Below, one piece after another: positions 51,438-61,278 of a DNA stretch of 64,000 bases. The notes below the pieces were generated by a model. The model had not been told where the DNA came from. It did no database searches and worked only from the letters and a program-made list of their open reading frames with translations. Numbering within the stretch: the first letter of the stretch is position 1; every line of letters begins with the position of its first letter. The position numbers and the translations under genes are program-made. Source of the DNA: an uncultured Alphaproteobacteria bacterium (lineage in GTDB: Bacteria; Pseudomonadota; Alphaproteobacteria; HIMB59; GCA-002718135); the NCBI GenBank assembly GCA_902615845.1, contig CACMQS010000005.1:19711-83710 (forward strand). Reading direction: 5' to 3'.

Positions 51438-51460
51438 GTGGAGATATTTATTATCTCCAC
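51438..51460 (+). promoter_or_regulatory. Perfect 9-bp inverted repeat (operator or 5-prime UTR hairpin) just upstream of the Fe3+-binding protein gene RBS
   Basis: GTGGAGATA-TTTAT-TATCTCCAC, followed by A8-GAAGG and ATG 51478. No U-run follows in either orientation, so it is not a terminator. Confidence 0.45.
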
Positions 51461-51477
51461 AAAAAAAAGAAGGTTAT

Positions 51478-52491
51478 ATGAAAATTATTTTTAGATTACT
51501 ATTAATACTAATTGCATCCACCATTTCACTAAACTTGTTTGCCAAAGAGGTTAATGTTTATTCTTACAGGCAGCCAATTTTAATAGATCTTTTCTTTGAG
51601 GAATTTACAAAATCGACTGGCATAAAGGTAAATGTTTTACATGCAAAAAAAGGATTACTAGAACGAGTTCTAGCTGAAGGGGAAGATACACCTGCTGACT
51701 TGGTATTAACAGTTGATATAGCAAGGTTAAACCAATTTGTTGAAAAGGATATTTTGCAACCAATTAACTCAGATATTTTGAATATAAATATTCCAAATCA
51801 TTTAAGAGACAGTAATAATAAATGGTTTGCACTTTCAAAGAGAGCTAGAATTGTTGCAATATCAAAAGAAAGATTATCTACAGACTCAATTAAAAGAATA
51901 GAAGATTTATCTGATCCAAAATGGAAAGGTAAAATTTGTACAAGACCTGGTAGCCATGACTACAATAGATCACTTTTAGCTTCAATAATTGCTGCAAATG
52001 GAGAAGTTATTGCTGAAGAATGGACTGCAGGCGTTGTTGCAAATTTAGCACGTAAACCTGAGGGTAATGATAGAGCTCAAGCAAAAGCAATTTATGAAGG
52101 TGTCTGTGATATTGCTGTAATGAATACCTATTATTTTGGAAAAATGAAATTTAATGAAAAGAATCCAGAACAAAAAGAGTGGGCTAACTCAATAGAGTTA
52201 GTTTTTACTAATCAAGAAGACAGAGGGAATCACATTAATGTTGCTGGTGGAGGTGTAATTAAGTACTCTAAAAATAAAGACAATGCGATTGCACTACTTG
52301 AATTTCTAACTCAGCCAAAAGCACAAGTCCTTTACAGTTCTATAAACTATGAATATCCGGTTAATCCAGATATGCAATTAACTGATGAGTTAAAATCATG
52401 GGGCCAGTTTAAAGAAGATAAACTGCCTGTTGAAAAACTTGCAGAACTTGCTCCTGTAGCTCAGAAAATCATTGATAGAGTAGGCTGGTAA
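51478..52491 (+). CDS. Fe3+ ABC transporter periplasmic binding protein (FbpA/AfuA/SfuA family)
   Basis: Signal peptide. VNVYSYRQP start of the mature protein. Family-typical TRPGSHDYN and NVAGGGV regions. Confidence 0.88.
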   Translation: MKIIFRLLLILIASTISLNLFAKEVNVYSYRQPILIDLFFEEFTKSTGIKVNVLHAKKGLLERVLAEGEDTPADLVLTVDIARLNQFVEKDILQPINSDILNINIPNHLRDSNNKWFALSKRARIVAISKERLSTDSIKRIEDLSDPKWKGKICTRPGSHDYNRSLLASIIAANGEVIAEEWTAGVVANLARKPEGNDRAQAKAIYEGVCDIAVMNTYYFGKMKFNEKNPEQKEWANSIELVFTNQEDRGNHINVAGGGVIKYSKNKDNAIALLEFLTQPKAQVLYSSINYEYPVNPDMQLTDELKSWGQFKEDKLPVEKLAELAPVAQKIIDRVGW

Positions 52492-52508
52492 ATTATAGGT
52501 TAACTGTT

Positions 52509-54104
52509 TTGATAAATTTTAATTTATGGTCCAATTCTGTGGCGATAATTGCTTTAATAATTATCGCCCCTATTTTTTCAATATTTTATTACGCGATCTT
52601 AGGCGATACATCACTATGGCCACATCTATTTTCTACTGTTTTACCCAGATATTTTACCAATACAATAATTCTAATGTTTGGTGTTGGAGGATTAAGTTTA
52701 GTCTTTGGTTTGACTACTGCTTGGATAGTGACAAGATATAATTTTTTTGGGAAAAAATTTTTTGAATGGATGTTATTATTACCAGCTGCTGTCCCAGCGT
52801 ATATTATTGCCTATACTTATACCGACTTTTTTGAATATGCTGGTCCTCTTCAATCATTGTTAAGAGACATATTTGGTTGGACGAGCTCGAAAGATTACTG
52901 GTTTCCAAACGTGCGATCAATGGGAGGTGCAATTTTGGTAATGTCTTCTGTATTGTATCCATATGTATATTTAATGACTAGAGCATCATTTATAACGACA
53001 CCTATATCTTTTTTTCAAACTAGTTCTATTTACGGAAGGAATTCCTTCTTCAATGTTGCTATTCCATTTGGTCGTCCAGGTATAATTGCTGGTTTGGCCT
53101 TAGTACTGATGGAAACAATTTCTGATTTTGGGACAGTTGATTATTTTGCAATTGAAACATTAACCTTAGGTGTATTTAATGTTTGGCTAGGAATGAATAG
53201 TCTATCTGGCGCATCACAGATTTCTAGTATTTTATTTATGATTGTTATAGTACTTTTAACTTTAGAGTATTTGGGTAGGCGTAGCAGAAAATTTCATGAA
53301 AAGTACAGTGGCGCATCTTATACACCAACCCAAACAGTTTCTGGTATTAAAAATTCACTATTGTTTTTAATTTGTCTAATACCTTTAAGTCTTGGTTTTA
53401 TAATACCTGTTTCAATTTTATTGAATTTTGTAATTAAAGGTTATTCTATAATAAATTTTATTGAAATTTTTCAAATAACACTATCAAGCATATCTTTAGC
53501 ATTTATTTCTTCATCATTCATTATGTTGCTCTCCTTATTAATGATTATAGTTGGAGCATATAAATCAAATAATTTCCAAAAAATTTTAATATTTTTTGCT
53601 TCTTCTGGTTACGCTTTTCCAGGAACAATTCTTGCTGTTGGAATAGTGGTATTTGTCGGGTGGCTTAATGATTTAATTTATTTTCGTATGAGTTATGCTG
53701 TTGGTGGATTTATAATTTTATTATTTGCGTATAGTATTAGATTTTTAGCTGTTGGCAATGGAGCTATTACATCAGGTATTTCAAGAATTCATCCAAACTT
53801 ATTAGACGCATCAAGAACAATGGGCGTGAGTTTTTTCAAAAGCATAAGAAAAATTATATTACCCCTGCTGTATACAAATTTATTAGTTGGAGGAATATTA
53901 GTTTTTGTAGACATCTTAAAAGAACTTCCAATAACTCTTTTATTAAGACCATTTAATTTTGAGACACTAGCAACCTATGTTTATCAATATGCCTCTGATG
54001 AAATGTTGGAGGAGTCAGCATTTGCAGCTCTAATTATTGTTATTGCTGGATTAGGACCGGTAATTTTTCTTAACAGAACAATAACTAAATCAATAAAAAA
54101 CTAA
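52509..54104 (+). CDS. Fe3+ ABC transporter permease (duplicated, FbpB-type)
   Basis: 531 aa with about 12 TM segments and two BPD-transporter EAA-like loops. A TTG start is proposed by the ORF track. Confidence 0.85.
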   Translation: MINFNLWSNSVAIIALIIIAPIFSIFYYAILGDTSLWPHLFSTVLPRYFTNTIILMFGVGGLSLVFGLTTAWIVTRYNFFGKKFFEWMLLLPAAVPAYIIAYTYTDFFEYAGPLQSLLRDIFGWTSSKDYWFPNVRSMGGAILVMSSVLYPYVYLMTRASFITTPISFFQTSSIYGRNSFFNVAIPFGRPGIIAGLALVLMETISDFGTVDYFAIETLTLGVFNVWLGMNSLSGASQISSILFMIVIVLLTLEYLGRRSRKFHEKYSGASYTPTQTVSGIKNSLLFLICLIPLSLGFIIPVSILLNFVIKGYSIINFIEIFQITLSSISLAFISSSFIMLLSLLMIIVGAYKSNNFQKILIFFASSGYAFPGTILAVGIVVFVGWLNDLIYFRMSYAVGGFIILLFAYSIRFLAVGNGAITSGISRIHPNLLDASRTMGVSFFKSIRKIILPLLYTNLLVGGILVFVDILKELPITLLLRPFNFETLATYVYQYASDEMLEESAFAALIIVIAGLGPVIFLNRTITKSIKN

Positions 54105-54107
54105 AAC

Positions 54108-55154
54108 TTAATTCTTAAATATGTAAGCCTGATCATTATCAATTTCTATCTCCACTGCAGATGATTGTTTTGGATTAAAGTCAGCAGGCATGTGGCTATG
54201 AACATGAACAACTTCATTATTATTATCTAACACAGATAAATGGATAAAACTAAATGACCCCATTAATTTTGATGCCATAACGGTTCCCTTAATTCCATTA
54301 ACTGGTGTTGGTTGTTTGTTGAGTTTTACGCCTTGAGGTCTTATGTGTACTACAACTTTTTCACCTTCTAAATTTCCAGGTGTTTTAATTTTTCCAACCG
54401 GTGTGTGAATGTGTGATTCTTTAACAACACCTTCAAATTTATTTGTTTCACCAAAAAAACCTGTAACATATGAATTTTTTGGATTGTTATAGAGATCATT
54501 TGGAGTTCCTGATTGCACAATCGAACCTGATTTATCAAAAATATTTATATGATTTGAGATAAACATTGCTTCAAAAGGATCATGAGTGACTATAATTACA
54601 GACACATTTGATTTTTGTAAAAGATGCAGCGTATCATCCCGCACCTCTTCTCGAAGACTTAAATCCAAACTTGAAAAAGGCTCATCTAATAAAAGTAAAT
54701 CGGGTTGTGAAATTATAGATCGTGCAAGAGCAACTCTCTGTTGTTCACCACCACTTAACTCGTGTGGATATTTATCTAGTGAATTTGGTAATTTAATTAA
54801 TTCAATAATTTCATCAACATTATTAGTTGAATTTTTTACATTAGTTGGAAATCTTAAATTTTCTTTTACTGTCAAATGTGGGAATAAAGCGTAATCTTGA
54901 AATAAAAAACCAATTTTTCTTTTTTCTGTAGGTAAGTGTTTTGCAATACTACTTACTTCTTCACCATTAATAATAATTTTACCTGACTGTACTTTTTCAA
55001 GACCTGCTATGAGCTTTAATAAAGTAGTTTTTCCACTACCTGACGGTCCCAAAATACAAGAGATACTATCTTTATTGAGATTAAAATTAATATTATTTAA
55101 AATTTTTTTATTATTAATAGAGTGAGTAAGATCTTTAACTTCAACAGCAATCAT
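54108..55154 (-). CDS. ABC transporter ATP-binding protein, FbpC/PotA type (probable partner of the adjacent Fe3+ system, encoded convergently)
   Basis: Walker A GPSGSGKTT, signature LSGGEQQR, Walker B LLLLDEPFS and a C-terminal TOBE-like domain. Confidence 0.85.
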   Translation of the reverse strand: MIAVEVKDLTHSINNKKILNNINFNLNKDSISCILGPSGSGKTTLLKLIAGLEKVQSGKIIINGEEVSSIAKHLPTEKRKIGFLFQDYALFPHLTVKENLRFPTNVKNSTNNVDEIIELIKLPNSLDKYPHELSGGEQQRVALARSIISQPDLLLLDEPFSSLDLSLREEVRDDTLHLLQKSNVSVIIVTHDPFEAMFISNHINIFDKSGSIVQSGTPNDLYNNPKNSYVTGFFGETNKFEGVVKESHIHTPVGKIKTPGNLEGEKVVVHIRPQGVKLNKQPTPVNGIKGTVMASKLMGSFSFIHLSVLDNNNEVVHVHSHMPADFNPKQSSAVEIEIDNDQAYIFKN

Positions 55155-55175
55155 AAAATACCTATTACACTAAAA

Positions 55176-56087
55176 TTAAACTTGGGGAAATTTATCTACA
55201 ATTTCACTTTCCCATTCAAGAAACTTTTTAGATCTATTATCAGGACTTGGATGTGATCCCATAAATTCGGGCATTCTTCCTTCTTGATCTGCCATCATTC
55301 TTTGCCATAGTCTGGCAGGCTCCTTAATATTAAATCCCGCAAGATTCATAAAACCCATTCCTAAATAATCTGCTTCACTTTCCATTTTTCTGCTAAAAGG
55401 AAGAAAGATTCCATATTTAACAACTGAGTTGTAAACATTACCACCTACATTACCTACTCTAAAAGACTTATTGAGAAGTTCTGCATACCTACTTCGTGAT
55501 ATTCCAATGGTTGCCATTTGTATCATAGAAGCTTGAGTTAATTTTTCTACAGTATGTCTTGCAAATGCATGAGCAATTTCATGTCCCATGACTGCTGCAA
55601 TACCATCATCATTTTTACATATAGGAAGTATACCTGTATAAAAAGCGATTTTGCCCCCTGGCATACACCAAGCATTTTTTGTTTCTGAGTCTATAAGAGC
55701 GAACTGCCAATTAAAATTTCCAGCAGGATTTTTTTCACGCTTATTAAGATAATACGTATCCAGAGAGGTATAAATTTCTTTTCCTATTTCTTCAATTTTT
55801 TTTGATTCATTTGTGTTATCCAAAAGAATTTTATCTTCTTTAGCTTTAGATAAAAATCTTGAATATGTTTTTTCAACCTCTTGATTTAGAGATCTTTCAT
55901 TAGGATAAATTTTTGGAGTGCCAAGAACACCTCCACCCATTAAAATTATAGGTAGATTGCTATCATATAAATTTAACTGACTTCGATTTGTTAATGGTAC
56001 CTGTGTACAAGAAGGTAAAATCATTGAACCACATAAAGAGCAACTTGCGCCAAAAACAAAGCTTCTTCTGTTTATTCTTGCTTCCAT
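55176..56087 (-). CDS. M48-family zinc metallopeptidase, probable lipoprotein
   Basis: HEIAHAFARH (HExxH). The N-terminal signal contains an RRSF motif and Cys residues. Confidence 0.85.
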   Translation of the reverse strand: MEARINRRSFVFGASCSLCGSMILPSCTQVPLTNRSQLNLYDSNLPIILMGGGVLGTPKIYPNERSLNQEVEKTYSRFLSKAKEDKILLDNTNESKKIEEIGKEIYTSLDTYYLNKREKNPAGNFNWQFALIDSETKNAWCMPGGKIAFYTGILPICKNDDGIAAVMGHEIAHAFARHTVEKLTQASMIQMATIGISRSRYAELLNKSFRVGNVGGNVYNSVVKYGIFLPFSRKMESEADYLGMGFMNLAGFNIKEPARLWQRMMADQEGRMPEFMGSHPSPDNRSKKFLEWESEIVDKFPQV

Positions 56088-56116
56088 ATTATTATTATAT
56101 AGGTAATTTTACTTAT

Positions 56117-57097
56117 ATGAATATTTTTAATTCAGTTAAAAAAGCAGAAATTCATGTTCATTTAGAGGCAACCATTACGCCAGATTTATGTAAGAAATTT
56201 GCTAAACGTAATAATTATGAAATACCTGAAGAAATGTTTGGCTCAAAGTACGCATACCAATGGGATGATTTTTATGATTTTATAAAAAAATATGACATCG
56301 TTACTTCTGTCATACATACGCCAGAAGATTATTTTGAATTAACGTATGAATATTTAAAAGATTGTGCGGCTAACAATGTTCTTTATGTCGAAGCGATGAT
56401 TTCCTCAACTCATGCTAAAGAAAAAGGGATGACCTATCATTCTTTTATTGAAGGAGTCTATGAAGCTTCCAAAAAAGCTGAAGAAGATTTTGGTATTGTT
56501 TCACGTTACATAATGAATGGGATCAGACATTTAGGACCAGATTCAGTACAAGGAACTGCAGAGGAAGTTTTAAATAATCCTCATCCTTGTTTAGTTGGTT
56601 TTGGTTTGGCCGGTGATGAGTTACATTTTCCTCCAAATTTATTTGTTGAAACATTTGATATGTTAAAAAAAGAAAATTTTCCAATTACGGTTCATGCAGG
56701 TGAATGGGATGGCCCTGTAAATATAAGAAATGCTATTAACCTTCTGCATCCAACAAGATTAGGTCACGGAGTTCGATCAATAGAGGATCCTGATTTAGTG
56801 AAAGAAATAATTGATAAAGATATTATTCTAGAAACTTGTCCAACAAGTAATATTGCAACTAAGATTTATGAAGATTATGTAGATCATCCTGTGAAAACGT
56901 TATTTGATCAAGGAGTAAAAGTAACAGTCAATTCTGATGACCCTCCTTTTTTTAATGCTACGATAAACGGTGAATACAAAGTCATGGAAGATTTAGGTTT
57001 AAATGAAAAGGAACTAACCTCTCTTACTCATAACGCAATTAAATATTCTTTTTGCGATGATGAAAATAAAAATAAATTATTAGCTAAATTAAACTAG
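56117..57097 (+). CDS. add: Adenosine (or adenine) deaminase family protein
   Basis: AEIHVHLEATI metal motif, HAGE and NSDDPPFF motifs. ATG 56117 is preferred, because the ORF-track extension from 55988 overlaps the M48 gene antisense. Confidence 0.88.
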   Translation: MNIFNSVKKAEIHVHLEATITPDLCKKFAKRNNYEIPEEMFGSKYAYQWDDFYDFIKKYDIVTSVIHTPEDYFELTYEYLKDCAANNVLYVEAMISSTHAKEKGMTYHSFIEGVYEASKKAEEDFGIVSRYIMNGIRHLGPDSVQGTAEEVLNNPHPCLVGFGLAGDELHFPPNLFVETFDMLKKENFPITVHAGEWDGPVNIRNAINLLHPTRLGHGVRSIEDPDLVKEIIDKDIILETCPTSNIATKIYEDYVDHPVKTLFDQGVKVTVNSDDPPFFNATINGEYKVMEDLGLNEKELTSLTHNAIKYSFCDDENKNKLLAKLN

Positions 57098-58058
57098 ACA
57101 ATTTTACTAAAGGTCTTGCACCATAATGCGAAATAATTTCCGCAGCAGCAATTGATGCATAATTACCACATTCATCCATTGCCTTACCTTTCGAATAACC
57201 AAATAAAAAACCAGCTGCAAATAAATCTCCAGCTCCAGTTGTATCCACAACCTTTTCTACTTTTTTTGCAGCAACTTCAGTGATGTCATTACCAGAAACA
57301 ATAACTGATCCACTATTTCCTTTAGTAATAGCAGCAATTATATTTAATGATTTTGCATATTCTAGACCTTCTTCAAAACTTTCTGTTTGTGCCATTGCTT
57401 TGATTTCATCTTCGTTAGCAAAAAGAATATCAACATTCTCAGTTATTAATTCTTTAAAAGAATCTCTGTGTCTATCAACACAAAAAAGATCAGATAATGT
57501 AAATGCAATTTTTTGATTATCAGCCTTGCAAATATCTACCATTTTTTTCATAGCCTTTTTTGCATTCTCATTGTCCCACAAGTAGCCTTCCAAATATGCA
57601 ATCTTATGATTTTTAATATCATCCTCTTTTATATCTTCAGGCCCTATTAATGTTCCAGCACCAAGAAAAGTACACATTGTTCTTGTTCCATCTTCTTCAA
57701 CAAAAATTGTACAACATCCAGTTGAAATTTCAGGCGATGTAAATCCCAATGGAAACTTTAGTCCTTCCCGGATCATATCTTTTTGAAGGTAAACTCCAAT
57801 TTCATCATTTTTAATTTTTCCAATAAAACTTCCATTACCACCAAAAGAGGTAATGCCAAACATGGAGTTACCAAGGGAACCTCCACCAGCCATTTCTCTA
57901 ATTGAATAACTTTCATGCAAATTATTTTTTAAGTTTTCATCAATAAGATTCATAGAATCTCTATTAATTTCATGTTTTTCAATCTCACTTTGATTGGAAG
58001 GAATTATGGCATCTACCATAGCATTTCCAATTCCAACTACATCTAATTTATCACTCAT
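57084..58058 (-). CDS. PfkB-family kinase, adenosine kinase-like
   Basis: N-terminal VVGIGNAMVD, GG dipeptide and the C-terminal DTTGAGDLFAAGF motif. Confidence 0.8.
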   Translation of the reverse strand: MSDKLDVVGIGNAMVDAIIPSNQSEIEKHEINRDSMNLIDENLKNNLHESYSIREMAGGGSLGNSMFGITSFGGNGSFIGKIKNDEIGVYLQKDMIREGLKFPLGFTSPEISTGCCTIFVEEDGTRTMCTFLGAGTLIGPEDIKEDDIKNHKIAYLEGYLWDNENAKKAMKKMVDICKADNQKIAFTLSDLFCVDRHRDSFKELITENVDILFANEDEIKAMAQTESFEEGLEYAKSLNIIAAITKGNSGSVIVSGNDITEVAAKKVEKVVDTTGAGDLFAAGFLFGYSKGKAMDECGNYASIAAAEIISHYGARPLVKLSSLI

Positions 58059-58939
58059 TTTTGTTTAATAATTATTGGTACTAATTGTACTATAATGACT
58101 CCAATAAATATTGCAAGGCATCCAAGTATTTTTTGTGTGTCTAATACTTGATTTAAAAGTATCCAACCTGCTATCGCAGCAAAGACTGACTCCATTGATA
58201 AAATAATAGCAGCTGGAGCAGGATTAGCTTTATGTTGAGCGATAATTTGAAGTGTATATCCAATGCCTGCAGAAAAAATACCCGTATATAAAATTTCAAA
58301 CCATTCAATTTGCATATTTGAGAGCTTTGGCTCTTCCCACATGAAAGCTAAGATCATAGATAAAATAAAAACAATAAAGTACTGAATACTTCCAAATAAA
58401 AAAGGACTGTTGAGTTCTTTCATAAAAATATCAATACAAATAATATGTAAGGCAAAAAACAAAGCAGCAATAAACAAGAGTGAATCTGATTGTTGAATCT
58501 CAACTGATTGATTAGAGGATAAAAGATATGACCCATATAAGCAAAGTAAAATAGCAATCCAAATAATCCAGTGTACCTGTTTTTTAATTATGAATCTTGA
58601 AATTATACCAACAAAGGGAACATAAAGAGTGCTAAGAAAAGCAGCATTTGATATTAATGATTTTTGTAAAGCGTATTGTTGAAGACCCATACCACCAAAA
58701 AGAAAAAAACCTGTAGCTAAACAAAGATAAACTTTTTTTCTATCACTTAATATTTTAGAAATATTTTGTTGTTCTAGATAAATCGCAAATGGAATTACTG
58801 TTAAAAAAGCAAAAAAAAATCTTCCAAAGCTAAAAGTAAAAGGACCTATGGCTCCCATTCCAGTAGTTTGGCTTACAAAAGCTGTTCCCCATATAAGTGA
58901 GGCAATTAACATGAGTATGTTAGCTCTTGTATGACTCAT
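58055..58939 (-). CDS. DMT-superfamily (EamA) transporter
   Basis: 294 aa with 10 TM segments and two EamA-like halves. 4-nt overlap with the kinase gene. Confidence 0.85.
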   Translation of the reverse strand: MSHTRANILMLIASLIWGTAFVSQTTGMGAIGPFTFSFGRFFFAFLTVIPFAIYLEQQNISKILSDRKKVYLCLATGFFLFGGMGLQQYALQKSLISNAAFLSTLYVPFVGIISRFIIKKQVHWIIWIAILLCLYGSYLLSSNQSVEIQQSDSLLFIAALFFALHIICIDIFMKELNSPFLFGSIQYFIVFILSMILAFMWEEPKLSNMQIEWFEILYTGIFSAGIGYTLQIIAQHKANPAPAAIILSMESVFAAIAGWILLNQVLDTQKILGCLAIFIGVIIVQLVPIIIKQK

Positions 58940-58960
58940 AAAAATATTTGATTACTTAAT

Positions 58961-60751
58961 TTATTGTTTATCTTTATTAATCCACCAAGACTCAATTACA
59001 ATTCCGTAAAGTGGAATTTCGTCTGGGTATTCAAAAAAATCCCAATAAGCAATTCTGTCTTTGTTGCTATGATAAAGAGGAACGACATAGTGACCCCATA
59101 ACAATACTCTATCAAGTGCGTGGATCGCCGTTGTTAATTCTTCTCTATTTGTTGCACTAATTAGTTTTTCAATTAATGCATCTACTGCTGGACTATTAAT
59201 ACCAGGATAATTTCTGCTTCCATCTTTTTGACCAACTTCTGATCCCCAATAAAATTGTTGCTCATTTCCTGGGCTTAAACTGACTCCCCAGTATCTTTTA
59301 ATCATATCAAAATCATAACTTAACAAACGTTCTTGATACTGTGATGAATCAACAGTTCTTACATCCATTGTAATCCCAAGTTTTTTTAAATTACTTTGAT
59401 AGGCTAAGGCAATCTTCTCATCAGATGGGCTTACAATCAAGAACTCAAACTTAAATTCCTTTCCATTTTTTATGAGTTTTCCATTTTCAACAAACCATCC
59501 CTCTTTTTCAAGTATTTCTTTTGCTTTCAATAAATTTTTACGGTCATTACCACTTCCATCTGTAATAGGTGGATTAAATGTTTCCGTAAATACCTCTGCT
59601 GGAATTTCATCTTTCCATACATCCAATAATTCTAACTCATTTTTTGACGGTAAGCCTGAGGAAGCTAACGGTGAATTATCAAAATAACTATCTGTTCTCA
59701 CATAAGCATTTTGATATATTGTTTTATTAATCCATTCATGATCATAGGCATAACTTAAAGCAAGTCTTACATTTCTATTATTAAATATTTCACGTCTTGT
59801 ATTCATCACAAGACCATTCATTCCAACAGGTCTATCGTTATTCATTTCTGTCAGTATTACCTCTCCATTCTGAACAGCTTTGAAATCATATTCTGATAAC
59901 CAACGTTTAACATTGTACTCTCTTCTAAAGTCGTATTCACCAACCTTAAAAGCTTCAACTAAGACATTTGAGTCTTTGTAATAATCATAAATAATTGTAT
60001 CAAAATTATAGAGACCTTTATTTACCGGTAAATCTTTTGCCCAGTAATTTTCAACCCGTTTGTATTTTATTTGACGTCCTGGATCGAGACTATCAACTTG
60101 GTATGGGCCACTGCCTAGAGGGATATTTAAAAATGTTTTTGTAACATCAAGATTTTCATAAAACTTTTTTGGAATGATAGGAAGAAAGCCTGCAATAATA
60201 AGGGGCAATTCTTTGTCTTCATTATTTTCAAAAATCATTTTTATTCCGTCATTTCCAATCAATTCAGTTTTAATAACTTTGCCATAAGTTTTTTTCTGAT
60301 TTGGAGTACCTTTTGTTTGAAACGTTTCTAAACTAAATAATACGTCATCACGTGTTATTGGTGAACCATCATGAAAGGTTGCATTTGAATTTAAATAAAA
60401 AGTTATAGATGATCTGTCTTCAGGTAATTCAACTTTCTCAGCTATCAATCCATAGAGAGAGAAAGCTTCATCCCAAACTCTTCTCATTAATGTATCATTG
60501 ACGTACCCAAGACCAGCAGCTTTAGAGCCTTTAAAAGCTACCCTATTAAGATTATCAAAAGATCCATATGATCCAAATTTCACAGTACCACCCTTAGGTG
60601 CGTTTGGGTTTACATAATCTAGATTTTCAAAATCACTAGCATACTTTGGTATTCCATGCATTGCAATACCGTGAACTTTTTCACTGTATGCATAGTTATT
60701 AAATGAAATTATTGAAGCTAAAAGGACAAAAATAATGAAAATTTTTTTCAT
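58961..60751 (-). CDS. ABC substrate-binding protein, family 5 (YejA/OppA-like), orphan
   Basis: Signal peptide. 596 aa with a family-5 SBP layout. No permease or ATPase genes are adjacent. Confidence 0.85.
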   Translation of the reverse strand: MKKIFIIFVLLASIISFNNYAYSEKVHGIAMHGIPKYASDFENLDYVNPNAPKGGTVKFGSYGSFDNLNRVAFKGSKAAGLGYVNDTLMRRVWDEAFSLYGLIAEKVELPEDRSSITFYLNSNATFHDGSPITRDDVLFSLETFQTKGTPNQKKTYGKVIKTELIGNDGIKMIFENNEDKELPLIIAGFLPIIPKKFYENLDVTKTFLNIPLGSGPYQVDSLDPGRQIKYKRVENYWAKDLPVNKGLYNFDTIIYDYYKDSNVLVEAFKVGEYDFRREYNVKRWLSEYDFKAVQNGEVILTEMNNDRPVGMNGLVMNTRREIFNNRNVRLALSYAYDHEWINKTIYQNAYVRTDSYFDNSPLASSGLPSKNELELLDVWKDEIPAEVFTETFNPPITDGSGNDRKNLLKAKEILEKEGWFVENGKLIKNGKEFKFEFLIVSPSDEKIALAYQSNLKKLGITMDVRTVDSSQYQERLLSYDFDMIKRYWGVSLSPGNEQQFYWGSEVGQKDGSRNYPGINSPAVDALIEKLISATNREELTTAIHALDRVLLWGHYVVPLYHSNKDRIAYWDFFEYPDEIPLYGIVIESWWINKDKQ

Positions 60752-60792
60752 TAATTCATCCTATCAAAAAAAAGACAGATTTGTAATGAAAT

Positions 60793-61227
60793 ATGATGCT
60801 AAAAAATTATATAAACACAATGCAATGTCTTAAATTAATTTCACTAATTATAATATTATGTATCGGGCCAAGTATTCATGCGGCAGAAATTGATATTTTT
60901 AAAGGGATGAAATTATATGCCGAAAACTGTGCTGGCTGTCATATGGGTAATTTAGCCGGTCATGAAGAGTGGAATAAATCTTTAGATGAAGACGGTCATC
61001 GAAGAGCACCGCCACTTAATGGTACAGGTCATACCTGGCATCACTCCCCTAAATATTTATTTCAGGTCACTAAATATGGTTTTAAAAAAATAATTCCTGA
61101 TTATGAAGGAAAAATGCTTGGTAATGAAACGTTATCAGATGATGATGTTTGGTCTATTATCGAATTTATTAAAAGTACATGGCCAGAAAAATTACTAAAA
61201 AAATATAATTCCCATTTTAAGAGTTAG
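60793..61227 (+). CDS. Periplasmic monohaem c-type cytochrome
   Basis: Signal peptide, a single CAGCH haem-binding motif and a His-rich GTGHTWHH segment. The start is one of three nearby Met codons. Confidence 0.75.
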   Translation: MMLKNYINTMQCLKLISLIIILCIGPSIHAAEIDIFKGMKLYAENCAGCHMGNLAGHEEWNKSLDEDGHRRAPPLNGTGHTWHHSPKYLFQVTKYGFKKIIPDYEGKMLGNETLSDDDVWSIIEFIKSTWPEKLLKKYNSHFKS

Positions 61228-61231
61228 AATT

Positions 61232-61260
61232 ATTGAAGCAAAACTTCAATTTTAATATTT
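61232..61260 (+). terminator. Weak candidate terminator or attenuator between the cytochrome c gene and msrP
   Basis: ATTGAAG / CAAAA / CTTCAAT stem-loop followed by TTTAATATTT. Confidence 0.3.
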
Positions 61261-61278
61261 AAGATATATATTATTAGT

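Noticed and set aside
55988-56116. N-terminal 43-codon extension of the adenosine deaminase ORF
   Set aside because: The extension overlaps the M48 peptidase gene antisense and is not part of the deaminase fold. ATG 56117 directly precedes the conserved HVHLE motif region.
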